Assembly (NCBI RefSeq): GCF_000829315.1 | Contig: NZ_AP013028.1 | Location: 660,001 to 692,000 of the forward strand | From: Wolbachia endosymbiont of Cimex lectularius | GTDB taxonomy: Bacteria > Pseudomonadota > Alphaproteobacteria > Rickettsiales > Anaplasmataceae | DNA length: 32,000 nucleotides | Reading direction: 5' to 3' | Translations under genes and position numbers: made by a program | The notes under the pieces: model-generated | The model's input: only the letters and a program-made list of their open reading frames with translations | Databases searched by the model: none | Told to the model about the DNA's origin: nothing | Shown here: piece by piece, positions 7,922 to 17,121 of the stretch | Layout of the letters: every line of letters starts with the position of its first letter | How positions within the stretch are numbered: the first letter of the stretch is position 1

Positions 7922-9067
7922 ATGCTCACTTATATACACAAGTTAATTGATAAAAACCAAGGGTCAATATCGATCAGTGATTTCATGAATGCTGCTCTAT
8001 ACCATAAAGAGTACGGCTATTATATGAGTAAATTACCACTTGGCAAGGATGGTGATTTTATTACAGCACCTGAAATCAGTCAATTGTTCGGTGAAATAGT
8101 TGCAGTGTGGGTAATGCATACATGGGAAAAATTAGGAAAACCGTCAAAATTTTCTCTGGTTGAACTCGGGCCAGGTAAAGGAACACTTATCCACGATATA
8201 ATAAGAGTTACTAGAAAATACAATGACTTTTTTGATTCAGTGTCGATCCACCTAGTTGAAATAAGTCCTGCTTTACAGGAGGTACAAAAAGAAGAATTAA
8301 AGGGCTTAGATATTAACTGGCATGAAAATATCGATAGCCTACCAGAGCAACCAACCATCTTTCTAGCAAATGAATTTTTTGATGCCCTCCCAATAGACCA
8401 GTTTGTGTATCGTAACGGAGAATGGTATGAAAATAGGGTAGCAAAGCAAGATAACGGGGTGTTATCTAAAGTAGCTGACACTAGGATCCAGAAAAAAGAT
8501 CCCAGTGCCCCCTCTTTGTCATCCCAGTGCGTGACACTGGGATCCAGGAAAAAGGATGATGTCACCCAAATAGCTGACACTAGGATCCAGAAAAAGGAAT
8601 TGTGTGTTCCAGTATCAGCTACTCAGATGACAAACAAAAAACTTTTCGACGGCGCAGTAGTGGAAGTATGTTCGGCTGGAATTGAAATATTAAAAAGACT
8701 TGAGGAGAAGATATACAATAACAAAGGAGCTGCTTTGATCATAGATTATGGTTACGTATATCCTGAGTATAAGAGCACTCTGCAATCGGTAAAGCAACAC
8801 AAGTATGCCAATTTTCTTAAAAATGTTGGTAATAGCGATATTACTGCACTTGTAAACTTTCAAGCGTTAAGAGATTCATTAAAACATGTAGATTGCGAGG
8901 TTTTAACTCAGAGAGAATTTTTATATCTTTTTGGTATAAAAGAAAGAACGCAGGCTTTGATAAAAAATGCAAGTGATGAACAAAAAAATAGGATTTTTGG
9001 TGAATTCCTAAGGTTAACTGAAAACATGGGTACCCTCTTTAAAGTAATGTTGATCAATCATTTATAG
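7922..9067 (+). CDS. MidA/NDUFAF7-type class I SAM-dependent methyltransferase (DUF185) carrying an in-frame palindromic-element insertion
   Basis: DFITAPEISQLFGE...LVELGPGKGTL...ANEFFDALP...IDYGY are MidA-family motifs. About 58 aa in the middle are encoded by a repeat (see 8458-8632). Confidence 0.75.
   Translation: MLTYIHKLIDKNQGSISISDFMNAALYHKEYGYYMSKLPLGKDGDFITAPEISQLFGEIVAVWVMHTWEKLGKPSKFSLVELGPGKGTLIHDIIRVTRKYNDFFDSVSIHLVEISPALQEVQKEELKGLDINWHENIDSLPEQPTIFLANEFFDALPIDQFVYRNGEWYENRVAKQDNGVLSKVADTRIQKKDPSAPSLSSQCVTLGSRKKDDVTQIADTRIQKKELCVPVSATQMTNKKLFDGAVVEVCSAGIEILKRLEEKIYNNKGAALIIDYGYVYPEYKSTLQSVKQHKYANFLKNVGNSDITALVNFQALRDSLKHVDCEVLTQREFLYLFGIKERTQALIKNASDEQKNRIFGEFLRLTENMGTLFKVMLINHL
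8458..8632. repeat. GC-rich palindromic element (Wolbachia/Rickettsia palindromic-element type) translated in-frame within the MidA-like gene
   Basis: TAGCTGACACTAGGATCCAGAAAAA occurs twice (8471-8495 and 8571-8595). GATCCCAGTG...CACTGGGATC is an inverted repeat. Related motifs occur at 3670-3815, 14651-14705, 17758-17810 and 19526-19620. Confidence 0.7.
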
Positions 9068-9144
9068 TCCTGTGTGGCTTTTATACTATAGCTAAAGGTT
9101 TATCGATATTCTGCTATGTGTTAGTGGCTGAGATACCGATATGG

Positions 9145-10428
9145 CTACGATATTCGCGCACAACTTCTACTGAATTGTGCTCTCTCTTCGATAACGTGGC
9201 GGAAATGCCTAATTAATCCTTGAATCGGCCAAGCTGCAGCATCACCAAGTGCGCAAATCGTATGTCCTTCTATTTGAGTTGTAAGATCAAGTAACTTATC
9301 TATTTCACCAGGTCTAATATTCCCTGTTACCGTCCTTTTCATAATTCTCCACATCCATCCAGTACCTTCACGACATGGTGTACATTGCCCACATGACTCA
9401 TGCATATAGAAATGTGATAACCTCTCTATTGCAGCTATTATGTCAGTTGATTTATCCATCACTATGACTGCAGCAGTGCCAAGGCTTGATTGTACATCTA
9501 TTAGTGAATCAAAATCCATTTCAATAGTATCGCATATAGATTTCGGAATAAGTGGCACTGAAGACCCGCCAGGTATCACAGCAAGTAAATTATCCCAACC
9601 CCCTCGCACTCCACCCGTGTATTTTTCAATTAACTCACGCAGTGGAATTCCAAGCTCTTCTTCAACATTACACGGGTTGTTTACATGTCCCGAAATACAA
9701 AATATTTTAGTACCGGTATTGTTTGGTTTACCAAGAGACGCAAACCATTCTCCTCCACGACGCAGAATATCTGGAACCATGGCTATAGTTTCAACGTTGT
9801 TTATCGTGGTTGGACAGCCAAAAAGCCCAACACCTGCAGGGAATGGGGGCTTCATGCGAGGGAAGCCCTTTTTTCCTTCAATTGATTCAAGCTGAGCTGT
9901 TTCTTCTCCACATATGTAAGCTCCTGCTCCCCTATGTATAAATACATCGAGGTCATAGCCCGATTTACAGGCATTTTTTCCAATCAGGCCTTCCTTATAG
10001 GCTTCCTCAAGTGCTTTTTTTAGCACTAAATATTCATTATAAAACTCACCCCTAATATAAATATATGCAACTGACGCGCAGATTGCTCTTCCAGCCAGAA
10101 GAATACCTTCAAGTAGCTTGTGTGGCTCATATCGCAATATATCTCTGTCTTTGCATGTACCTGGCTCTGACTCGTCTGCGTTGACTACTAGATATGTTGG
10201 TTGTTCTTTTGAAGGATTTTTGGGTATAAAGCTCCACTTAAGGCCGGTGGAAAATCCTGCACCTCCTCGACCTCTTAAGCCAGATTTTTTTACTTCATCA
10301 ATGATTTTTTCTGACCCCAAATCCAGTAGTTCTTTTGTTTTTTGCCAACTACCACGTTTTTTTGCATCCTTGAGTAGTGGAGTTCCTTTACCACTCAAAT
10401 TAGTGAATATTTTGTCTTGTTCTTTCAC
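9145..10428 (-). CDS. nuoF: NADH-quinone oxidoreductase subunit F
   Basis: 427 aa. [16 protein letters not shown] (NADH/FMN site) and [12 protein letters not shown] (4Fe-4S cysteines) are present. Confidence 0.95.
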   Translation of the reverse strand: MKEQDKIFTNLSGKGTPLLKDAKKRGSWQKTKELLDLGSEKIIDEVKKSGLRGRGGAGFSTGLKWSFIPKNPSKEQPTYLVVNADESEPGTCKDRDILRYEPHKLLEGILLAGRAICASVAYIYIRGEFYNEYLVLKKALEEAYKEGLIGKNACKSGYDLDVFIHRGAGAYICGEETAQLESIEGKKGFPRMKPPFPAGVGLFGCPTTINNVETIAMVPDILRRGGEWFASLGKPNNTGTKIFCISGHVNNPCNVEEELGIPLRELIEKYTGGVRGGWDNLLAVIPGGSSVPLIPKSICDTIEMDFDSLIDVQSSLGTAAVIVMDKSTDIIAAIERLSHFYMHESCGQCTPCREGTGWMWRIMKRTVTGNIRPGEIDKLLDLTTQIEGHTICALGDAAAWPIQGLIRHFRHVIEERAQFSRSCARIS

Positions 10429-10458
10429 CTTCTTTCACCATGGCCTTTGAGACCTTAG

Positions 10459-10531
10459 TGATCCCGGCGCGAATCGAACGCGCGACCCACTGATTAAAAG
10501 TCAGTTGCTCTACCGGCTGAGCTACGGGATC
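10459..10531 (-). tRNA. tRNA-Lys (anticodon TTT)
   Basis: 73-nt cloverleaf. The acceptor is GATCCCG/CGGGATC, the anticodon arm is ACTGA-CTTTTAA-TCAGT and the T arm is GCGCG-TTCGATT-CGCGC. CCA is not encoded. Confidence 0.9.
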
Positions 10532-10630
10532 ATTTCATTTCTCAGTTATATTGAACAGTAATACAACTTTTATCCGTTTTAATCAAACTAAAATTTTCAT
10601 ATGTAGTTAAATAAATTATACAATAGACTT

Positions 10631-11152
10631 GTTGCATAACCTAAACTAAGCAGAAAAAGGCAATTTACTGTCTGCCGCTACCTGCGGATCTCATCCGCTG
10701 ACACGTAGCGGGATGATGGTGGCTATAAAGGTTTAAGAAATTTACCAAGCAAGAAAAAAAAGCAAAAGAAGCCCCGTTGGTGGCTAATTATTTATATTAA
10801 CTTTATAAATTGGCGTTTTTTTATTCTAAACGTCTAATCTAGCTGCTTTTAAACCGCAACTGATCTAAATTTAAACGTTAAGAAATTTACTAAGCAAAGA
10901 AAAAGGTAGAAAAACCCCGTTAGCTAGTTATTCACTATCTATCTTTTAAATTGGCGTTTTTTATTGTCTTAAACGCTTTAACAAGCGCATTTTAGCTTAT
11001 ATTAGGTAAAAACCTTGAAAGTTTATAAAGACATGAGACGCCAAGTACATTGAGTTTTTTGTCATTTTATCTGCACAGACTGAAGATAAATAATAGCTTT
11101 AGTCTTATTATAAGGGTAACGGCGAAAGTTGTCAAGTAGTTTTTTTGTTTCT
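10631..11152 (-). repeat. E-repeat copy 3 (long form with a tandemly duplicated tail module)
   Basis: On the minus strand: TTGACA (11130-11135), 17 nt, TATAAT (11107-11112). The body has TTGGCGT...ACGCCAA and a CGCTT-GTTA-AAGCG hairpin. Two tail modules sit about 145 bp apart (about 10878-10963 and 10733-10820). Short GC palindromes follow, then the end module GTTGCATAACCTAAACTA (10631-10648). Confidence 0.7.
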
Positions 11153-11310
11153 AACGAAAACTCAACACTAGCTTGTAAATGGTTGTTCTTGCTTTCGCTG
11201 TTTTGCTCCTGAAGAGATTATGAATAGGTTCTTAGGGTTATTGAAAGTAATAAACTCCTTTATTTAAGACCGAAGTTTTGCTATTCTCGCATTTTAATAA
11301 TTTAAAATTA

Positions 11311-12945
11311 ATGAATGTAAACAAGAACGAGTTTTTATTTCTTCCACTTGGAGGAGTAGGCAGAATTGGGATGAATGTAAGCCTATATCATTACCAAGGG
11401 AAGTGGATTATGATTGACCTTGGCATTGGTTTTGCCGATGAAACTATGCCAGGCATTGAGCTATTAATCGCTGATGTGAACTTTATTGCTCAAAGAAAAA
11501 AGGATTTGCTTGGAATAATAATTACGCATGCGCATGAAGACCACTGCGGTGCAGTGCCTTATTTGTGGGAAGAGTTGCAATGTCCCATATATACAACAAA
11601 GTTCACGGTTAATTTTCTCAAGGAGAAACTAAAGGAGTTTCGGCTAGAAGGCATGGTACCTGTGAAAGAGGTGGACATAAACGGCAGCATAAATTTAGAT
11701 CCTTTCACCGTTGAGTTTATAAACGTAACTCACTCAATTCCTGAAGCACATTCAATATTGGTTAGCACTGATGTAGGTAGCGCGCTTCATACTGGCGATT
11801 GGAAATTTGATCCAAAACCTGTTGTTGGTTTAACTTCTAACATAAGTCGTTTAAAAGAAATTGGCGATAAAGGTGACCTGCTTGCAGCAATTTGCGATTC
11901 AACAAACATATTGAGCAAACATAATCCTGAATCAGAAGGTGAGATTTATAACAATATCTATAACATAATAAGACGGTCTAAAAAGCTAGTTGCTGTGTCG
12001 CTTTTTGCTTCAAACGTGGCGCGAATTGAAACAATAAGCCAAGCTGCAAAGGCGCTGGGCAGAAAAGTAGTTCTACTTGGAAGGTCTTTATGGAGAATAG
12101 TAAAAGTTGCACAAGATAGTGGATATTTAACCAATTCTGTTGAATTTTGTGAAGCAAAAGATGTGGCAGATTTGCCAAGGGAAAAGCTATTATTGATCTG
12201 CACTGGTTGCCAAGGTGAGCCGATGGCGGCAACCTCAAAACTTGCTAATAAGAGTCATCATGCATTTAAAATGCAACAGGGTGATACAGTGATTTTTTCG
12301 TCAAAAATCATCCCTGGTAATGAAACTCGTGCACACAGTATGTTCAACGCCTTTATCGAGATGGGCGTAGAGGTCATCATTGATAAAATGGAGTATGTTC
12401 ATGCCTCTGGACATCCAGTAAAAGCAGAGCTAAAGGAAATGTATTCTTTGATAAAACCTAGAATGTCTATTCCAGTTCATGGTGAGTATATTCACACGCA
12501 TGCCCATGTGAAGTTTGCTAAAGAGTGCGGTGTGAAAAAAGCAATAATGATTGCACCAGGTGATATCGTTAATTTGGAAAACGGAGAAAAGGTTGATTCA
12601 ATTGATGTTGACTACTTTGGTGTTGACGGTATGTTGCTACGTTATCCAGAGAGTGGTGTTATAAAAATGCGTAAGAAAATGAGAGATGCTGGAGCTGTTG
12701 TAGTGACAGCAATTGTTAACAAGAAAAATAAATTGCTTGCCAAACCAAAGGTATTTACGCCTGGTGTTTTCGAAGCGTCAGAAGATGCGGCTATTATACA
12801 GAGGATTACAAAAATGGTTGAGTCAGCGTTTAGTTTACAGTCAACAAAAAAAATAAGAAATAAGATTGAGAGCTCAATATTTAGTATCTTAAAGGAATAT
12901 TTACTAAAAAAGCCTATAATTGAGGTCCAAATAGAACAGGTATGA
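11311..12945 (+). CDS. rnj: ribonuclease J (metallo-beta-lactamase / beta-CASP family)
   Basis: It has the THAHEDHCGA (HxHxDH) motif and RNase J length and architecture. The ATG at 11311 (MNVNKNEFLFLPLGG...) is preferred over the TTG at 11278. Confidence 0.85.
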   Translation: MNVNKNEFLFLPLGGVGRIGMNVSLYHYQGKWIMIDLGIGFADETMPGIELLIADVNFIAQRKKDLLGIIITHAHEDHCGAVPYLWEELQCPIYTTKFTVNFLKEKLKEFRLEGMVPVKEVDINGSINLDPFTVEFINVTHSIPEAHSILVSTDVGSALHTGDWKFDPKPVVGLTSNISRLKEIGDKGDLLAAICDSTNILSKHNPESEGEIYNNIYNIIRRSKKLVAVSLFASNVARIETISQAAKALGRKVVLLGRSLWRIVKVAQDSGYLTNSVEFCEAKDVADLPREKLLLICTGCQGEPMAATSKLANKSHHAFKMQQGDTVIFSSKIIPGNETRAHSMFNAFIEMGVEVIIDKMEYVHASGHPVKAELKEMYSLIKPRMSIPVHGEYIHTHAHVKFAKECGVKKAIMIAPGDIVNLENGEKVDSIDVDYFGVDGMLLRYPESGVIKMRKKMRDAGAVVVTAIVNKKNKLLAKPKVFTPGVFEASEDAAIIQRITKMVESAFSLQSTKKIRNKIESSIFSILKEYLLKKPIIEVQIEQV

Positions 12946-12950
12946 AATGA

Positions 12951-14231
12951 ATGAAGGTGCTCGTTCAGCTGATATTACTTCTTTCGTTATTTCTTCCTTA
13001 TTTTGCTAAAGCTGCTTTGTATGTTGACATAAGAGAAAACACTGTTGGTAATATTAGCCTTGTTGTGTCCAAATGTGCATGTAAAACAGAGCTGGAGAGC
13101 GAATTAAGCGAAAGCATCACAAGGATAATTGAGGCAAATTTATCCAATTGTGGCTTATTTAACGTAAAACGTGGTACAGAAGCTGAAATTGCGCCGTACA
13201 AACCCAGGAGCGATACGCTGGCTACAGTGAGTTTAAGTGAAGTATCAGATAGAGCCTTAGAGTTATCGTTACACTTGTTTGATGCTTTCACAAAAAGGGA
13301 GTTATTTACTCATTCGGTTGTTTTTTCGGCAAAAGACTGGAGAAAAATTGCCCATTTTGTTTCAGATGCGATACATGATAGATTAACTGGTGAGAAAGGG
13401 CATTTTAACACGAAGATAGCGTACATAGCCGAAGAAAGGGATAGTAATTACAAGTCCATACGCAGAATTGCTGTTATGAATCAAGATGGAAGTGATATAA
13501 AATACTTAACAAATGGCGACAAATTTGTGTCAACACCAAGGTTTGCACCAAGTGGAGATAGTATTGTTTACATCTCATATCTAGATGGTAGAAGCTACAT
13601 AATATTGAAGAATCTGAAAGACAATACTGAGTCGATAATTAGTGCTTTCGAGGGAGTAATCTCTGCTCCGAGATTTTCTCCTGATGGCAAGTCTCTTTTA
13701 ATCTCTCTCTCATCTAATGGTGAAACAAATATATTGTCTCTAGATTTGAACAGTAAGCGCACGAAAAAAATCACTAGAAGTCCTGCTATAAGCACTTCTC
13801 CCTCTTTTTCTCCAGATCAGAAATATATAGTCTTTAGTTCTGATATAAGTGGAAGTCAGCAGCTATATATCATCGATTTCACTAAAAAAAATAAAAAGCC
13901 TAAGAGAATTAGTTTTGGAAGTGGAAAGTATGCTACACCTGTTTGGTCGCCAAATGGGGATCTTATAGCTTTTACAAAGATCCAATTGGGGAAATTTTAC
14001 ATAGGAGTTATGAAGCCAGATGGCAAAGGAGAACGTCTACTTTCAGAGGGGCATAAAATCGAATCCCCAGCATGGCTACCAAATGGCAGGGGAATCATCT
14101 TTACAAAAACAGAATCACCAAGCGACTCTAAACTATATTCGGTAGACTTAGTAAAGAGGAATCACAAAATAATTTCTACCCCAACAAATGCCTATTTGCC
14201 AGATTGGTCGCATTTGCCTCTGGTGGAGTAG
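12951..14231 (+). CDS. tolB: Tol-Pal system beta-propeller protein TolB
   Basis: Signal peptide, then a TolB N-terminal domain, then repeated PxFSPDG / PxWSPNG propeller blades. Confidence 0.9.
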   Translation: MKVLVQLILLLSLFLPYFAKAALYVDIRENTVGNISLVVSKCACKTELESELSESITRIIEANLSNCGLFNVKRGTEAEIAPYKPRSDTLATVSLSEVSDRALELSLHLFDAFTKRELFTHSVVFSAKDWRKIAHFVSDAIHDRLTGEKGHFNTKIAYIAEERDSNYKSIRRIAVMNQDGSDIKYLTNGDKFVSTPRFAPSGDSIVYISYLDGRSYIILKNLKDNTESIISAFEGVISAPRFSPDGKSLLISLSSNGETNILSLDLNSKRTKKITRSPAISTSPSFSPDQKYIVFSSDISGSQQLYIIDFTKKNKKPKRISFGSGKYATPVWSPNGDLIAFTKIQLGKFYIGVMKPDGKGERLLSEGHKIESPAWLPNGRGIIFTKTESPSDSKLYSVDLVKRNHKIISTPTNAYLPDWSHLPLVE

Positions 14232-14310
14232 AAAATAGATAGGTGGTATGAGTAGGTATTGCTTGGTTAAGAAAATGAAAAGATAATAACTTTTCAGAGT
14301 GGATAGGGGA

Positions 14311-14630
14311 CAATAGAAATGAAAAAAACTACTTGACAACCTTCGCCGTTACCCTTATTATAGCAATAAGGGTATTTCTGACTCAAAACTTGTTTTTGAT
14401 CTGCAGGCTCAATGACAAAATTCAGTAAAAAACTCAGGGTATTTTTTGGCGGATTGTATCAAATTATAGCGGCTGCATGTCTTTTTCATTTTTTCTACAT
14501 TCAGCCAAATCGCGCTTGAACTAAGCGTCAGCAAATTATTATAGCGCCAATTTAAAGTATTATAGAGTCAAAACTCGCCACTCGGGGTTTCTTTGCCTTT
14601 TTTTCTCGCTTGATAAAATTTTTAAATTTT
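14311..14630 (+). repeat. E-repeat copy 4
   Basis: TTGACA (14333-14338), 17 nt, TATTAT (14356-14361). TTGGCG...CGCCAA pairing and a CGCTT-GAACT-AAGCG hairpin are present. The tail is CTCGGGGTTTCTTTGCCTTTTTTTCTCGCTTG. Tail 14545-14612 is a near-identical inverted copy of 16366-16434. Confidence 0.7.
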
Positions 14631-14650
14631 TATTACTAAAGTAGTATCAC

Positions 14651-14705
14651 AAATCCCAGTGCCAGCTACTTGGATGACAAGAAAGGAGCTACTTATATGA
14701 CACCA
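14651..14705. repeat. fragment of the short GC-rich palindromic element
   Basis: AAATCCCAGTGCCAGCTACTTGGATGACAAG...ATGACACC shares the CCCAGTG / AGCTACTTGGAT / GACACC motifs with the other copies. Confidence 0.4.
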
Positions 14706-14744
14706 CTTTTGCTTCAATATTTACCACGCTCCTGAATAGATACA

Positions 14745-16109
14745 TTAAATATAGAGTAAGTTTTCCAGCATAGCCTTAGTTTTTTTATACATTCTATTTC
14801 TTTCTCTATATTTGATTATAGGCTTAAAAATAAATGGTAATCCTAGAATTGTTAAGCTTAAAGCCAGGGTTGAAAACATGCAAGAAGCTTTGTATTTACT
14901 ATGTAGCTCTTTCAGGTAAAGTATTAAAAACCTACAAAATTTCTTGTAGTTTTCGTTGATGTCTGCTCTGCCATTAGCTTTGTTGATAAACATGTCTATT
15001 GCAGTGTAACCGTCTTTGCATTTAATGCTAAGGTCTGCTCCTTTCTCTATTAATAGCTGAGCTATATCAAAATAATCCCTTTGGACAGCAAGATGCAGAG
15101 GTGTATAGCCCTGTTGCTCACAGATATTCATATTGGCTTTAACTTCCAGTAACATTTTCACAATCTTTGTATGACCTTTTTTAACTGCTAGTAGCAGGGG
15201 AGTTCTGTTACATTTGGTGACAGCATTCACATTTACTTTAAGCTCCAATAAGAGCCTAACTGCTTTAGTGTCACCGTTATAGCTAGCTTTATGTAACCGG
15301 GCATTACTATTGAAATCTTGATCATTTGCGTTCATTCCCTTTGAAACAAGAAATGTTACCATTTTCCTATTGTTATGCTCAACAGCGCAATCCAATGCAT
15401 CAAAACCATGGCTGTTTTTTGTACAGATAAATTCTTTAAAGTTAGCTTTTGCTTGCTGTTTTTTTACAATAAGCTTCACTATTTGCATTTTATTGTTATA
15501 TGCCGCTAGGAAGAGCGTAGTATTATTCTCCGCGTCTTTTGCTTCTATGTTCGCCCCCTTTTTTATCAGATATTCTATAATTTCTTCTCTACTCTCATAA
15601 TGTGCGGTGCACTGATAAATGGTCAGAAATAAAGGAGTGTGTAAATTATTATCTTCGCATTCAAGATTGGCTCCACCATCAACTAAAGTTTGGACGCTTT
15701 TTTTGGAACCGTATAGTGAAGCTATGTGGAGAGGAGTGTAGCCTTCTTTAGCATCTCTTTCATTAATTTTTGCACCTTTTGCGATCAAAAAACCTATTAA
15801 CTTCGTATCATCTTGTAGCGCAGCAAGGTGCAGCGGAGTAAATCCATTTTTATCTTTGGAATTAATTGTCAGTTGGTTGACAAGAAGTTTAGCAATTTTC
15901 TTATGTCCATGCATAACAGCATAATGCAGTGGATTTCTATTTTCGCTGTCTACAACATTAAAATCTGCCGCATGCTCTAGCAGTGATCTTACTCTAGCCG
16001 CATCGCCTTCTTTTGTAAATTTATGCAAAAGAGTGATTCCATTTGCATCTTTTGAGTTAATATCAAATCCACTTTCTACTAATTGGTTTATGTCTTCCTC
16101 ATGCACCAT
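14745..16109 (-). CDS. ankyrin-repeat protein (about 10 ANK units) with a C-terminal hydrophobic anchor
   Basis: 454 aa. Repeated G(Y/F)TPLH(L/I)A....G......LL..GA motifs. The C-terminal segment is MFSTLALSLTILGLPFIFKPII. Confidence 0.9.
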   Translation of the reverse strand: MVHEEDINQLVESGFDINSKDANGITLLHKFTKEGDAARVRSLLEHAADFNVVDSENRNPLHYAVMHGHKKIAKLLVNQLTINSKDKNGFTPLHLAALQDDTKLIGFLIAKGAKINERDAKEGYTPLHIASLYGSKKSVQTLVDGGANLECEDNNLHTPLFLTIYQCTAHYESREEIIEYLIKKGANIEAKDAENNTTLFLAAYNNKMQIVKLIVKKQQAKANFKEFICTKNSHGFDALDCAVEHNNRKMVTFLVSKGMNANDQDFNSNARLHKASYNGDTKAVRLLLELKVNVNAVTKCNRTPLLLAVKKGHTKIVKMLLEVKANMNICEQQGYTPLHLAVQRDYFDIAQLLIEKGADLSIKCKDGYTAIDMFINKANGRADINENYKKFCRFLILYLKELHSKYKASCMFSTLALSLTILGLPFIFKPIIKYRERNRMYKKTKAMLENLLYI

Positions 16110-16350
16110 ACCGCCCTTAAACTTCTAGTAAAACCCTTTTCGCATCAATAATACTCCCACTTAATTAAGTTTGAGTGAATCTGTAAGAGACATACTGATT
16201 GCTTATGCGGAAGGTGGTGTTTTTTGTACGCCAAGAAGTGCGTAAGGAACAGTTGGTGAAACAGGTGCCTGGATTATGCTGCGCAAGGCGTAAAGCTAAT
16301 AGAATTGTTATAAAAACAAATGTTCGTTCATAAATTGCAACTAGCTGTAA

Positions 16351-16702
16351 GCATTAAAAAATTTACCAAACGAGAAAAAAAGGCAAAAAAATCCCGAGTG
16401 GCGAGTTTTGACTCTATAATACTTTAAATTGGCGTACTATACTATCTTGAACGACTTATAAGCGCGTTTCAGCTTGTATAGGGAAAAACCTAGAAATCTA
16501 GGTGAAATTAATAAAGACATAAGGTGCACATAGTGCAAAAAATTAAACATAAGACGCCAACCGTGATACTTTCGTCGTTTAATCTGACAGATTGAAGCTA
16601 TTCATTTAGCTTCAATCTCATTGTAAGGGGGTTTGGAGGAATTTATCAAGTAGTTTTTTTCGTTTCTATTGGATGACGTTATAACTTTTTTCCACTGTTG
16701 CC
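16351..16702 (-). repeat. E-repeat copy 5
   Basis: On the minus strand: TTGATA (16644-16649), 18 nt, TACAAT (16620-16625). The 5' hairpin is GATTGAAGCTA-AATGAA-TAGCTTCAATC. TTGGCGT...ACGCCAA pairing and a TGCAC-TAT-GTGCA hairpin are present. The tail is CTCGGGATTTTTTTGCCTTTTTTTC. The upstream module (16650-16702) is nearly identical to 26811-26860. Confidence 0.7.
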
Positions 16703-16809
16703 TATTCACTTCCTGTTTAGTAGGAATTGGTATTAAGCAACCGTGAAGGTTACTTTTAGGGCATCTTGTCTACCTCATTTTACCGCTTCGTTGAATAGAT
16801 ACTATTTAA

Positions 16810-17121
16810 TTAGTCGTCGACCTGATTTTTAAGTTGTGCTAGCGCGTTGCGGCCATTTAGGGAGTCAAGGTTTTTAACCTGGCTGGCTAATATAAAAGAG
16901 TTGTTTTTCAGGTGTCTATCCATGAGTTTTGCAAGTCTCTTTGGATTACTCAAATAACTCCACTCTGCTTGTAAAACTTTTATATCACTCTGCGCTAAAC
17001 TAATTTCTCGTTTTATTTTTTTTAGTTCTTCATTTAATGACTGAACATGTAATTTTACCTTAAATAGCCCTGTAATACTGAAAAAAAACATAACCATTGA
17101 GATAATACAGAAAGTTCTCAT
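16810..17121 (-). CDS. ftsL: FtsL-like cell-division protein (single N-terminal TM helix plus coiled coil)
   Basis: 103 aa, immediately downstream of rsmH with a 4-nt ATGA overlap. The topology and synteny are typical of alphaproteobacterial ftsL. Confidence 0.6.
   Translation of the reverse strand: MRTFCIISMVMFFFSITGLFKVKLHVQSLNEELKKIKREISLAQSDIKVLQAEWSYLSNPKRLAKLMDRHLKNNSFILASQVKNLDSLNGRNALAQLKNQVDD

Noticed and set aside
8080-8580. 166-aa minus-strand ORF
   Set aside because: It is antisense to the MidA-like gene and partly encoded by the palindromic element. It has no motifs.
9440-10450. Plus-strand ORFs of 151, 66 and 110 aa
   Set aside because: All three are antisense shadows of the strongly supported nuoF gene.
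11278-11310. TTG start giving an 11-codon extension of rnj
   Set aside because: The ATG at 11311 followed by MNVNKNEFLFLPLGG matches the usual RNase J N-terminus. The extension has no support.
14412-14519. 35-aa hydrophobic peptide ORF (MTKFSKKLRVFFGGLYQIIAAACLFHFFYIQPNRA) inside E-repeat copy 4, considered as a type I toxin with the repeat as a toxin/antisense module
   Set aside because: The equivalent frame has early stops or no start codon in copies 5 and 6 and a different, shorter product in copy 3. Coding potential is therefore not conserved across the family, and RNA or DNA structure explains the conservation better.
305-16702. E-repeats considered as a CRISPR array or tandem satellite
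   Set aside because: The copies are 170-520 bp and dispersed over many kilobases in both orientations. There is no short regular repeat-spacer periodicity and no cas genes.
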